A stretch of 64,000 nt of DNA, from positions 47,875,262-47,939,261 of the forward strand of contig JASCQW010000105.1 of the NCBI GenBank assembly GCA_030264375.1. The letters are read 5' to 3'. The position numbers and the translations under genes are program-made. The notes under the pieces were generated by a model. The model made no database searches, was not told the origin of the DNA, and saw only the letters and a program-made list of their open reading frames with translations. This document shows positions 26,179-39,030 of this stretch, one piece after another; within the stretch, counting starts at the first letter, position 1, and each line of letters starts with the position of its first letter. The stretch is from Carcharhinus longimanus (Eukaryota).

Positions 26179-27272
26179 ACTCCTTTATTCAAAAAGGGAG
26201 GGAGACAAAGTGGGAAACTATAGGTCAGTTAACCTTACATCTGTTGTAGGAAAAATGCTGGAAGCTATTATTAAAAGACATTACAGGAGGGCCTTTGAAA
26301 AGCTTAAGGCTATCAGGCAGAACCCCAACGTGCTTTCGTGAAAGGGAAATCATTTTTAACCAACTTATTGGAGTTCTTTGAGGAAATAACCTGTGCTGTG
26401 GATAAAGGAGAATCGTTGGATGCGCTGAACTGAGGTTTCCAGAAGACATCTGATAAAGATACTTGCAGGAAATATAAGGTCATGGAGTAGGGGGGACAAC
26501 ATGTTGGCATGTATAGAAGATTGACTGACTAACAGGAAACAAACAGCAAGCATAAATGCGCATTTTTCAAATTGGCAAGATGTAATGTAACAAGCGGTAT
26601 GTCACAGGAACCAGTGCTAAGACAACTGTTCACAATTTTATAAATTACTTGGACAAAGGGATTGAAGACATGATTGGCTTATTTGTCTATGACATAAAGG
26701 TGGGTAGGAATGAAAGAAGTAAAGAGGACAAAATAAACCTACAAAAGGACATAGGTAGGACAAAGACTTGGCAAATGGCATGTAATGTGGGAAGTGTGAA
26801 ATTGTCCATTTTGCCAGGAAGAATTTTTTTTAAAAAGCACATTATCNNNNNNNNNNTCCAAATGGTGAGAGATTGCAGAGCTCTACAGGCCAAAGGGACC
26901 GCATGTCTGAGACCATGAGTTAAAAGGGTAGTATGTAGCTACAGCAAGTAATTGGGAAAGCTAGTTGAATGGTATAATTTATTATGAGGGGAATTGAGAA
27001 CAAAAGTAGGAAAGTAATGCATCAGTTGTAAAGGCACTAGTGAGACCACATTTGGAATACTGTTAACAGTATTGGTCACCTTATTTAAAAGGAATATTGC
27101 AAATACATTAGAAATAATTCAGATAAGGTTTACCAGACAAACAGCTGAAAGGTTAGACATGCTAGGCTTCAATCTGATGGAGTTGAGAGAATAAGAGACA
27201 AACTGATTGAAACATAGAAGATTCTGAGGGTCCTTTGTTTTTTTGAATGGCGGAGCAGGCTCAAGGGGCTGA
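26179..27272 (+). mobile_element. CR1 LINE RT fragment with internal deletion and 3' tail
   Basis: PLFKKGGR...NYRSVNLTSVVGKMLEAIIK, LTNLLEFFEEIT, LVRPHLEYC motifs; many frameshifts. Confidence 0.9.
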
Positions 27273-27274
27273 CT

Positions 27275-27540
27275 GGGCGCAGCCCGGTGGCGCAGTACCA
27301 GGAACCCGGGTTCGATTCCCAGCTTGGATGACTGTCTGTGTGGAGTTTGCACATTCTCCCCGTGTCTGCGGGAGTTTCCTCCCACAGTCCAAAGATGTGC
27401 TGGTTAGGTGAACTGGCCGTGGTAAATTCTCCCTCACTGTGTCCAAACAGGCGCCAGAGTGTGGTGACTAGGAGATTTTAACAGCAACTTCATTGCCATG
27501 TTAATGTAAGTCTACTTGTGTCTAATAAAATAAATTTTAC
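27275..27540 (+). mobile_element. V-SINE, Rex-type tail subfamily
   Basis: B box ggttcgattcc, V-domain, tail aacttcattgccatgttaatgtaagtctacttgtgtctaataaa. Confidence 0.9.
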
Positions 27541-28911
27541 TTTGTTGCTCCATATACGTACACGACAGGGGTTTCTATATTTCAGCCTCCTCCACCATTT
27601 TCTGTAATGGACAGCCTCTCCAACATTGCAAAAATTCAGGCCTATATCAGGTCAATATTCAGAATAGGTGTCTGAAGGAAAAGGATCTGGAACAGGGCAG
27701 CTAACTATGATTAGAACTGTTTGTTTGTATTAAAAGAGATTATGCTGCGATTTTGGTTTGCAGTACATAGCTATAACGCAAAGTTGTGGATGAAAGAATC
27801 AAAACCAAGATGCCGTTCCTCAGTGAGAGCAAGAAATCATCCTCAAAGGGTCACTGTGATATTCAATATTCAAAACAATGTCAAAAGAATAAAATCAACT
27901 GGACCCTTGATGCTTTTCTAATTAAAAGGTTTGATATGTTGTCAATTATTGTAAAAAAAATTGATCTCAAAAGTCGTAATTAACACAAATTATAACTGGA
28001 AAATCAAGACACCACTTTCATTAAATCGTCACTTGCGGTCAGGCTGCAAGTTGTACACCCATCACTATATTGGTATATTGATGGAGTTCTAGCAAGTGTC
28101 AATACAATAGCAACAAGGTCATGATTTCAAGTGCCAGCAATCACATATATTCTGTTCCAGCCACAGGCTCAAGCCATAGATCTCAGGCATCAATTTCAAT
28201 AGCGCAACAAGACACAATTGGTTATAATTCATGATTGGAACAAATATTTAGAGAATTTTAACTCTTAGAATTCCAATAGGTCCAAGGTGATGTCAGAAAC
28301 TGAGTTAATGCTGATTAATTTCCGAAGTACAATAAGAATGCTCTCTAATGTCCTCATGGCATAGCATACAGAAATGTTTAAAAGCCAGTTCGGTAGGGAT
28401 TTTATGCACTTGAATGATAAACATAACTGGGTCAATTTTTTGCCATGTAATAAAGTGGGGAGAGGGTGTTAACAAACAAGGATGCTCAATCAATAATGAA
28501 CTGAGTAAATGCACCGGTCATGTTTTTTTGAACGTGTTCTTCCACCAATTACGGACAAATAATTATGGACAAAAAGCTAAACATATATGCAGGATATACG
28601 CCATGTTACTGGCGGTTTGACCAGTCTTCTGCAAGAGTTACAATGGGAGAGAGAATTCTTGTAGTATTTCAGAGTCACAAAGCCCTGCAAAACAAAAACA
28701 GAATTACTTTAAAAAGATACCTTGCTCATTCTATTTTCAACATATTATATTCTGGGAGAAACTTGCAAAGAGAGGTAAGGTAGCCAGATAGCATGTTTAT
28801 GGTATCATCACTATCAGGCACTCTCAGCACATATGAACACACATCAGCCATGATTTGGACCTCCGGTTGCTTTTCCCTTTCTCCTCAACTTGCAGCAACT
28901 CAAATTTATTA

Positions 28912-29266
28912 ATTTTTTCATGGGATGTGGATGTCTCTGCTATGATCCCCATAGGAATTGTCCTTGAGCAAAGTGCCTTGCTGGGCAATTTCAGAAGGTA
29001 ACCACATTGCTGAGAGTTTCGAGTTACGTATAGGACAAACCAGTGAAGGACAGCAGGTTGCCTTCCCTGAAGCTCAGTGAACCAGATGGGTTTTTAATGA
29101 CAATCAACTTCATGGCTACCATTATTGAAACTGGCTGTATATTCCAGATTTATTCACTGATTTTAAATTCCAACAACTTTCCTCTTAGGATTTGAACCCA
29201 GGTCCACAGAACAGTAGCCAGAGCCTCTGGATAACTCATCCAGTAACATAATGGCACTGTCTCCCC
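28912..29266 (-). mobile_element. Third tRNA-derived SINE family, diverged near-full-length copy
   Basis: B box on minus strand (ggatttgaacc near 29188-29198); body similar to 49162-49485. Confidence 0.7.
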
Positions 29267-30562
29267 AAAACCTCCCAAGTACAAATTAGCCAACTCAACG
29301 CCGACCAGGAATCAAATCTGTTCCATATAAGTCAGTCTATTAGAAGAATTGGATATAACAGTTCTATTCATTGAGCAACGCTGTTGATACACTCAAGTCA
29401 CCATTGTTTCCAGGCAAAGTAATAAAAATAGAAATATTAGGACTTGGGGCTTCTGGTCTGTCGCAGCTAGATATGCGCACAAATATAACATTTATATTTA
29501 ACTTTCAGATTGTAAATTTAATAAAGTTCATCACAAAATTTATTAATATAACTAGTAGAATTTATTTGGGGAATTGTGAATCAATTTTGATGCAAGATTG
29601 GCATCTAAAGGAAATTGGAGTCAAAGTATCTATTCTCTAACAGCTTGTCTGGAACAACGGGGTCCGTCCACTTGTCTCCTCTTTTCCTTCTACTCCTCCT
29701 TCTCCAGTCTTGTGCTCCATTTCCAAATCGTACTGTAGCCCAAGAGAAAATGCAACACTAGCTCCCATTGTCCTAAAGACTGCTATATGTATGCACATTT
29801 ACAGAACATTATTGGTATGCAGCTTTCTGGGTCCCTGCACAGAAAGCTGCCAAATGCAGCGCAGTCTCACTCATACCTGTGCAGCGTGGAGCTTTAATGA
29901 GGAGTATCAACCACAGCAGAACACATTCAGTTTGGAGTGTTTAAGAGAGGGCGTTAAGGGCTTGCATAGTCCAAAATGGCAGATTGTGAGTCAAATCAAC
30001 TTGAGACACTGTTTGACATTGTGATCTACCTACTCTGCATGTTTCCAGCACACAAACACTAAGCCCATGTGAGCAGCTAGGAAACAAGACATGGGTCACA
30101 TTAGATTTGACCAGAATCATTCCAGTTGTCATTATTTCACTTCAGTGACCAGCACCACAGAGTCTAACTTAGCAAGCTGCAGAACCATAGAAGCCTCTCA
30201 GTGCAGAGGGAAACCATTCCGCCCATTGAGTCTGCACCAACTCTCCAAAAGAAAAGATAAAGTGACAGAGTATGATATAAAAGGACAGACAGGTAAAGTT
30301 TTAAAAGATTTTTTGAAAAACATGCAACAGTTAAAATCTGAAGGAATGATAATCCACACTTAAAAGTAACCAGGTTTTTTTGACAATAATTCATACTTGT
30401 GGCACCATTAAAAGTTCACATATTTGAATCGACAAACCTTAGCAACCAAAACAGTCCAAACACACTAAATTTCATGGTCTCCGTTTTAATGTTGTAATGC
30501 TGAGTACCTCAGCACCAACGTACTAACACTTTTGGAGGACAGCAAGTTCCTGATTTGAGTTT

Positions 30563-30858
30563 CATAGAATCCCTACAATGCAGAAGGAGGCCATTTGACC
30601 AACTGAGCCTGCACCGACAATAATCCCACCCAGTAACCCCATGCATTTACCTTGCTAATCCCCCTAACACTAAGGGGAAATTTAGCATGGCCAGTCGATC
30701 TAACCTTCACATCTTTGGACTGTGGGAGGAAACTGGAGCACCTGGAGGAAACCCACATAGACACGGGGAGAACCTGCAAACTCCACAGTCACTAGGGGCT
30801 GGGATTGAGCTCGGATCCCTGGTGCTGTGAGGCAACAGTGCTAACCATTGTGCTGCCC
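30563..30858 (-). mobile_element. HE1-type V-SINE with CR1-derived tail
   Basis: Head gggcagcacaatggttagcac, V-domain, tail aatggcctccttctgcattgtagggattctatg on the minus strand. Confidence 0.92.
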
Positions 30859-31827
30859 ATTTAACTAGCAATGTGCAGAAGTTGATGTCACATTTACTTC
30901 TCAATAAGAATGAGCACGGATAGTTTCATTGCTGTTATTACTACAAAGTGCAGGCAATTTATTTCAGGAGAACGAGAATGGAATAAATTGGGTCAGGTTG
31001 AAAAAAGTTTCATGGTGAAACATTTACGTAAACGTGATAAAAAAAAGGTTTAACAAAAAAAACTTTATTTTTTTGCTAAACTCGAAGTATTCAAAGTATT
31101 GGTCCTGTCTCTCTCTTTCCCTTAGGTATTGATTTCCCTTTTCTTCCCTCTTTCATTCCAATCTGATTCCCAGCTCAATGATTTTCACTTATTTCTGCCC
31201 ACTACGTTTGTACAAAAGCTTCTTCATCTTTTGCTCCTCTGCCAGTATAATAGTCACTTTGTTCTGGGTGCATTACTCAGAACAACAGATTTACAAACAA
31301 ATTTCCAAACAAGTCACATGGCATTCCGCCTTCAGAAAGGCCATCACGGAAGAAAGGTCATGTGGAGCAATCGTTACTAATCGACTAATTTTCACCAGCG
31401 CTTGATGTCTTACACAAATATTTAAATGGGGCAATAGCAAAGCCTTCTATTGCTGCAATATTTGTAGAAGGCATGAGAAAGTAGCAGCAACTAAAATTAT
31501 CTATGATCTAACACAACTGCCTGCGGCAATGGTCACAAGCAAAGCCTTCGTCTGTAGGCACTTTCATACTGTGCTCTGGCTATTGGCTCCTTGCGTGCAA
31601 AGCTGGATGTTCTTAACGGTCGCTGCTGTTCGGTGCTTTGTATCTGCTGTGCATCTATCGCCTGACATCATTGCATGATGCAACTTCACTGTGTCAGCAC
31701 ACAAGGCATGAGGTTGGCTCTGAGTATGCTCTTCATCAATACATGTTGCGTTGGTCAACATTATTGATAAGATCATGACACCAAAAATTGTCGAAGCACA
31801 GGGACCGAAGAATCCACAGCTCGTAGC

Positions 31828-31945
31828 TAGAAACATAAAAAATAGAAACAGGAGTAGGCCATTTGGCCCTTTGAGCCTGCTTCGCCTTGATCCTCAAGAG
31901 CTATATCTAATTTCTTCTTGAAATCCCATAACGCTCTGGCCATTG
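31828..31945 (-). mobile_element. Short CR1 3' end
   Basis: caggagtaggccatttggcccttt gagcctgct...gctatatctaatttcttcttgaaatc matches 14869-15017. Confidence 0.8.
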
Positions 31946-32744
31946 AAACAACACAAGCTTGATGCACATGTGCAGACTATTGGGATCACGAATGAAAGCT
32001 GTCCTACGTGGACACCACTAACTGTAAAATCAGTTCACGTGAAACCAAAGCTGCTCAGCTGCACATTGTGAAATACCACCCCGTATTTCCTTCTCCTCCA
32101 GGCCCCACTCTCTCCAAAGAACACCGACAGCAGATATGATAGAGTTGAGCAATTTTACTACAAAAAGCACACAAAAGAATCTGCTGATAATGAATCACCA
32201 AATTTTCCTGATCAAGTGACCAATCATGAAATGCTGCCATGCAATACTGTACTTAACTGAGTGCTGGCCTTTGAAAATTAAACAAGTCAGTTCAAGACAA
32301 ATGATTCTGCCATTTCTTTAATATCTTCTGCCACATGAGCACTTATTCACACTTTAGTAGACCAGACTTTAGAAAGAGACAGCTGTGGAATATTAATGAT
32401 TTCCAGTTACTGGTTATTATTAGTGATTCAATTAGGGTACAAATTCCTGATTGCATTTTGAGTAGCTACAGCGTGATGTAGCGATTGCGACATTCTTCAC
32501 ACAGCCATTCCCACTAAAATCTCAGGGTGTGTGTAAATCTGTAAAGCAGAGGGAGTTCTCACTGCACCCCGAGCTGAAGAATTTAAAAGGGCTACGTCCT
32601 CTGCTGCACGCCATTGAAAAAGGTCCGAAACTGAACCATTCCTGGAAAAAGTACAGTTCTCATCCGTATACACCCAAATTCGGAAATACAAAAGGATGTG
32701 TTTTTATGAATACTTGTATTGACTAATTACTATTGATCTACTTT

Positions 32745-33297
32745 TTAGGAGGCTAAAGGATATTCGGCACGTCTGCTACGACTCTCACAAATTTTTACAG
32801 ATGCATCAAAGAAAGCATCCTTTCCGGGTCTGTCACAGTTTGGTATGGCTCCTGCTTTGACCAAGCCACAAGAAACTACAAATGGTTGAGAATGTATTCC
32901 AAACCACCCTCCATCCACAAACCAGCCTCCCATCCACTGACTGGCTACACTTCCCACTGCCTCGGAAAAGCAGCCAGCATAATCAAGTACCCCATGCATC
33001 CAGGACATCCTTTCTTTCCCGACGGAAAAAGGTGAAAAAGATACAAAAATCTGAGGTCACGTACCAACCGACTCTAGAACAGCTTCTTCCCGCTGCCATC
33101 AGATTTTGAATGGACCTATCTTTTATCAAGCTGACCTTTCTTTACATCCTAGCTGTGTCTTCTACAATACATTATGCATCCTCTTCTTTCCTATTCCCCT
33201 ATGTATTCAATGAACGGCATGCTTTGTCTGTATAGCGTGCAAGAAACAATACTTTCACTATATTCCAATACATGTGACAATAATAAATCAAATCAAA
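32745..33297 (+). mobile_element. Rex-type LINE 3' fragment
   Basis: Collinear with 19815-20336; ends catgtgacaataataaatcaaatcaaa. Confidence 0.88.
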
Positions 33298-34049
33298 CTG
33301 AACTGAGACAAAAGGATTTGTAAGCAATTCTACAGTTCTTTCCTAACTACTACCCATAAAGTTAAACAGAATAACCAGTTGATTCCAATAGAAATCTAAG
33401 CTATGATCAGACATTGAGTTTGCACATGTTCCCTTTGGAAAGATGATTTTCCATGTGGTTTAACTCAAGCACATGAAAGGGTTGGTGATAGCAATCCGGT
33501 TGTATCCTTACTATCTATTAGATAATGAAACTGCTGAGTAAATCACAACATCATTTTCAAAGTACATTTGAAGGTTGTGCGTCAGGTTGTTTCTATTGTA
33601 AATTCAATTTCACAGATGCCAACAATTGATTGGTGTACCTGTTATGCATCCAAATACTGTTGATGTCTTTTTTTTGAAGTGATAAACCTCACAACATTAG
33701 TTGCTCACATATTCAAGTGTGATATGAGAGTTAATATTCAGAATAATACCATCAACCGCTAATAATAAAAACAGAGTTGTGTCTGCATGCAGCAGGTTCT
33801 GGTCACCTAGCCTCACTGGAGCAGCCCAATGAGGCAGCCTTCTGTTAGCCAGTAGCCACTTTACTATTAATAAGATGGAGTAATCCCAGAGCCCACTTTT
33901 GGCAGCTACTGATCCAAGCCATCACCCTCTCCAGTGTCCATGGTTGGCATGTGCCCTGACCCACCCACCCACCTTTTGCCTGCTGTTCACTGACTAGCTC
34001 CTGCTGCTCGGTGGGTTTGAGATACATTGAGCACATGTCAATTTGAAAA

Positions 34050-34262
34050 TTGCAGCTCGGCCCTTCATACTATCTATGAAGACAGTTGACATTCTTCCTA
34101 TGATGCTCACCTCCTTACACCCTAGTTATGACTGTAATACTGCATTCTGCACTCTCTCCTTTCCTTTCCTATGTACAGTATGCTTCATTTGTATAGCGCA
34201 CAAGAAACAATACCTTTCACTGTACTTCAATACACCTGAATAATAAATCAAATCAAATCCAA
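34050..34262 (+). mobile_element. Rex-type LINE 3' tail
   Basis: tgtatagcgcacaagaaacaatacctttcactgtac...taataaatcaaatcaaatc, same tail as 20260-20336. Confidence 0.8.
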
Positions 34263-35749
34263 ACCTTCACATCAAAAGGCTGGATTCCCTGGCAGCAGCA
34301 GCCCTTTCTTCAATGGTTGCATGTTCTCTACACCACAACCAGCTATCCTTTGGACTCTGACAGCAATTTCAACCTCACTCTCTAGCCAATAGAAAATTTT
34401 TTTCTCTCTGACCTTCTCCTCCATCCAATCCCATAATGGCTCCAATTTCCTCTCCCTCTGCCATGATCAGTTCTTTCAATAACCCCTCAGTCCTTTCTTT
34501 TGTGCAAGGCTACATATTTGCCTCACCCACACAGAGCTTCTCTGGTGAAACTAGTTCTCAAGGGAGTTTGTCAATCCTGTCAAAGTCACAGCAGATCAGG
34601 GCAACCATGGAAATTCCGGGTCAACTGTGATAACGTTAACCTTCAATACACTTTCCAAATGACTAAGTAGGTCACGATAAAGGAAGAACAGATTCACTTC
34701 ACGGGGATAAGAATATCATGGGTTCTTCCCCCTCTGCAGCTACGTCACTGACTAACACAGTGGACAGGCAGCAGCTCCTTGAGAAGCGCAGGGTGGAGTG
34801 AAGGTTTTACCAACAATCACAGACAAATGCGACCATATTGTCACACTGATGCTCCTGATTCACAGTGCACCGTACCACAGAGTGCACGGCACTGTCAATG
34901 GATACAGAACAAAGAAATTCCTTCCATTCTCCAATTCTGCCAACTCGCACAATATTAGGACAAAAGGGGGACTTTGACATCATCCATTCAGTTATTTTGA
35001 GGCCATTAGACAAAACATTTTCAGACACATTTCTGGCCTCAAGCAACCAGAACACAAAGCTGTTGTGTTTTGGCAACAACAGCAGGAAGCCTAAGGTACA
35101 AAACTGGCATTCAGATGCAAATGAGGCTTCTTTGAATGGACAGAGATTAATTAATTCTGCATCTAGTACCAAAAGAAACAAACCCAGAGCAAGTTTATTT
35201 ACAACTAAAATCATGAGTTCCTTACGGTACACTGCCTATGGCTTGCAGCAAGTTTGCAAGCAAAATATTACTTGTGTATAGACTAACAACTAAGCCAAAT
35301 GGTGGTTCCCTGCATTGCAATTAACATTTATGCTAATAAAGGGGATTAAAACTGAAATTTGCATACAAATGAAATACCAGTAGAAATTGATTTACAACAA
35401 TGATTAAAGTATGCAGATATGCAAATACAGTATGCATACAATACTGTGCCAGAGTGATTCAGTACTGATCTAATTTATTATCATTACCTCCATAAGTGCC
35501 CAACAGTTTAATTTTCTAGTTTACATCAATTTAAGCTGCTGTAATAAATAATAAATTATAACAGTGCAACATAGTTTTGGTATAATCATCAAGAATTTCC
35601 CAAGAGATCCAAAACACACCGCGACTCTCAATTTTATGGTTCACAAATTTATTTTGTGTTGAAGTTTCTTCAGCTCAGCGTCACTGAGATGGGATACTTA
35701 ATTTTCTGCTGAATACATGTTCAGTGTTGAAAACAAAATTCATCCAAAT

Positions 35750-36005
35750 AAAGGAAAGAAATAAATTTGCATTCACATAAAGCACTTACAATGCACTAAT
35801 ATTAATCAACTGGTTTTGAAGTAATCCGTTTAGTGACAAAGAAGTTTACAGGCAGTCAGGTCCCACAAACATCATTGTGCTAATGAGCAGATAATCTATT
35901 TTTGTTGGTTAAAGAATAAACAGTGGCCTGGGCACCAGGTAGAACCTTGGTGGACAGGGCCATCTGACGAGCAGATAGAGCCTCAGTTTGACTTATCGGA
36001 AAGAT
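35750..36005 (-). mobile_element. Deu-domain SINE remnant
   Basis: cccacaaacatcattgtgctaatgagcagataatct...ccatctgacgagcagatagagcctcagtttgacttatcggaaagatg resembles the reverse-complemented Deu domain. Confidence 0.55.
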
Positions 36006-36322
36006 GCACAATGGCACAGTGAGTAGCACTGCTGTCACACTGTGCCAGGGACACAGGTTCAATTCTGGCCTCGGGGACTATGTGGAATTTGCACGTTCTC
36101 CCCATGTCTGCATGGGCTTCCTCCAGGTGCTCCAGTTACCTCCCCAGTCCAAAGATGTACGGGTTAGGTTGATTGGAAATTGGTAATGCTACATTACCCC
36201 TTAATGTCAGGGTTATCAGGGTAAATACTTGGGAGTTATAGGGATGGGGCCTGAGTGTGATTGTTGTTGGTGCAGGTTTGATGGGCTGAATGGCTTCCTT
36301 CTGCATTAAAGGGATTCTATGG
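36006..36322 (+). mobile_element. HE1-type V-SINE
   Basis: tRNA-like head, V-domain and CR1-type tail gggctgaatggcttccttctgcattaaagggattctatg. Confidence 0.92.
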
Positions 36323-36561
36323 CAGTAAAGCACTGGATTGTATATGGAATCATAGCAAGAAAGCATGCTGGCAAAGAGTGCTCAAAATATGCTAAGTGGT
36401 GAGCATCCATAGCATTGGGGACACCCACATAATGCACAAAATGGACTTTCAATTTGCCTTCAGGGTTAAAAGGTGTCCTGAACATGCACCTATAGATTTG
36501 CCCTGTGATTTCTTAAGCATAAACAAAAGCCACTTTAATGACTGGGATTTTATACAATTAA

Positions 36562-36895
36562 GTAGTGGCAGAGTGATTAGCACTGCTGCCTCAGTGCCAG
36601 GGACTCAGGTTCAATTCTTGGGTGCCTATCTGTCTGGAGTGTGCACGTTCACCCTGTCGCTGTGTGGGTTTCCTCTGGATGCTCCAGTTTCCTCCCACAG
36701 TACAAAAATATGCAGGTTCGGTGGAACGGCCATGCTAAATTGCCCCTCAGCGTCCCAAGATGTGCAGGTTAGGGGGATTATCGGATTAAATACATGGAGC
36801 TATGGGAAAAGGTCTAAGCTGGATCCTCCATCAGAGTCAGCACAGACTCAATGGGCCAAATAGCCTCCTTCTGCACTATAGGGATTCTATGATTC
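36562..36895 (+). mobile_element. HE1-type V-SINE
   Basis: Same structure; tail gggccaaatagcctccttctgcactatagggattctatgatt. Confidence 0.9.
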
Positions 36896-38850
36896 CTTAT
36901 CTGTAACATGGTAATATCATCGTAAAAGTATGCATTGAAAAGGACTCTCCATTTACTAATCAACTCAACAGGTTCTCTCTCTGAATGTTAAGTAATTTTA
37001 GCTCTCACCACAGCTATCTCTAGAGGCATGCTCCAAGAATTCCCTCAGCCAGTACAGAGATTGTTCCTGCACCATGAATGCTATTAAGCACCATACTCTA
37101 ACCATGTGAGCTCACTGGTCTTTCAACACGTTCTAAAGAGCAAAAGCAAAAGATTGCAATACATGCGAGTGCAGCTCACAAAAGTCACAGGTTTCAATTT
37201 GAATTTTGCTCTGCCAAGGCTGATCCGTCAGGCAAAAGTTTGTGCCTCTCTGAATTGACTTTCATGTAAAACTGCATCAAGTTGAAGAATGTACCCAAGC
37301 GTGGAACTGAATACAAAGCATTGCTGGTAGCTCAAAAACAAATGTGCCTGGACTTGCAGATTACTTAAAAATGTGATCACAACCTCCATTTGCTGACTAC
37401 TGCTCCTTAAAGTTTATTTATTAATTGTCACAAGTCAGCTTATTCCTCAGTGACTAAACAAGGTCTGCAAAGGTCTTCAATGTCAAAGCCATCACTGCGG
37501 TACCTAAAAGCAGGGCAAGTGTTCAGCCCATCTGGAGCCAGAAGAAATGGTAGGCATTTGCTGTCAGCCTCACTGATATCAGGATTGTACACTATCTGCT
37601 GGCAGCTCTGTGGGGAAAATCTGTGCCTGCAGTGGCTCCCATGATGTGGGGGACACTGGGGGGTCAACTCAATTAAATTGCAGTTCTCTTTCTTAGGCTG
37701 GAGTTGCTATAAACAATGACATGGTAGTACAAATACAGAATTATCTACTTCCCAACCCCCAATCCAGTAAGTAAATAATGACCACGCTTCGTGCTGAGAA
37801 ATTAATTTGAATGCCATTAGCCTAATTAGAATTTCATTAATTGAAAATTAAAATGTGTTGTGCAAATAGACTGAAGTAGGTTCATTTGGATTTCAGATGA
37901 ATTTAGATGTTGCTTAATTAAAACCTTCATCCTGATTTAAGACACCCAGAAATGGCAAACACTTAACCTCTGCCAATTTAATATTCTATTACCCACAAAC
38001 AAAATTCGTCATGAATTTTGAAAGGAAATTGTTGGGGAAGATGGGTAGAAAGAAAATATTTCCGTACATTTTTAAGCACAGAATTAATTATACAAAGCAC
38101 AACTTGCCAGGCTATATATTGTGAACCTGACTGTACAATTTGTTTCTTCCCAACAGCATGCATTTGTAACTGCACTGGTTTAATTCACTACTTATATGCA
38201 TATATTACCATTTTACAAAACTTAATATTTGATACTTAGATTCTCCCACCCTAAGCAGTTCATTATTTGCTGCACTACACTAGTTCTTTAAAATTCATTC
38301 ACCCAAAAATGCTCAAGTAATACTTTTCTGGAGAGTTTGAGGAGTGGAGAAAAGATCTAACTAGCTGTCTTTTCTTCTCCAAAGAAAATGAGGCGCTGAG
38401 CTTTGCACCTCAGCAGGAATCTAATGGGAGGTACACCTTGGTTGTCCTGGGCACACTGGGCAAATATCCCCAGAGTTGCCACATATCCCATAATGGACTA
38501 CAATGTTGCAAATTTATCAGTATTTGTTCTAAACTGCACTACCTTTCAAAGTGCACAGCAAGACATAGTCACTCATTACTGCATGGGAAGCATCCCACTA
38601 TTAATGACTGGTTCCAAATAAAGGGAGCCATGAAAGCTTGGAGCCCTAGACAACACATCCCACCCCAACCTTTGCTGACATTATATGTCCCTTTTCATAC
38701 ATGCTTGTGTTTAAATCGGAAACACTGTCTATAATCCTTAATCTGTCTGACTCTGACCTGGTGCAGAGAAAAGTGAGTGGCATTTTGTACTGTGAAGTAT
38801 GGTCTCTTTCTGAGTAACCTTTAGATTATAATAGCTCTCAGTAGTAGTGA

Positions 38851-38889
38851 TGTTCTGAATAAAGGTCATTGACCTGAAACACTGAACAC
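38851..38889 (+). ncRNA. Minimal type-I hammerhead ribozyme relic in a Penelope-type fragment, probably inactive
   Basis: tgtt-CTGAATA-aggtc-att-gacct-GAAAC-actg-aaca (approximate parse): helix II AGGTC/GACCT, intact GAAA, helix I TGTT/AACA; G8 of CUGANGA is U. Confidence 0.55.
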
Positions 38890-38944
38890 TGTTACCAGTG
38901 TTGACTGATCCTATCATTTGCAGTTTTTACTGCAGTAACATAAC

Positions 38945-39030
38945 CAGGTTACAAAACACCTTTCATTGGCTGTAAAGCACTGCAGGGCATAAAGGTTCTC
39001 AAAGGGTGCTATATGAACAAGCAGTCTTGT
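38945..39030 (+). mobile_element. Deu-domain SINE 3' fragment
   Basis: ttcattggctgtaaagcactgcagggcat...aaagggtgctatatgaacaagcagtctt. Confidence 0.5.

Noticed and set aside
28600-31830. Possible minus-strand exon chain (for example YDLEMEHKTGEGG...)
   Set aside because: Several frames are equally open, donors are weak, and one acceptor lies in a CR1 tail
34861-34896. CACAGTG heptamer as a V(D)J recombination signal, or a pre-miRNA hairpin
   Set aside because: No nonamer at 12 or 23 bp, no Ig or TCR segments, and the stem is too short
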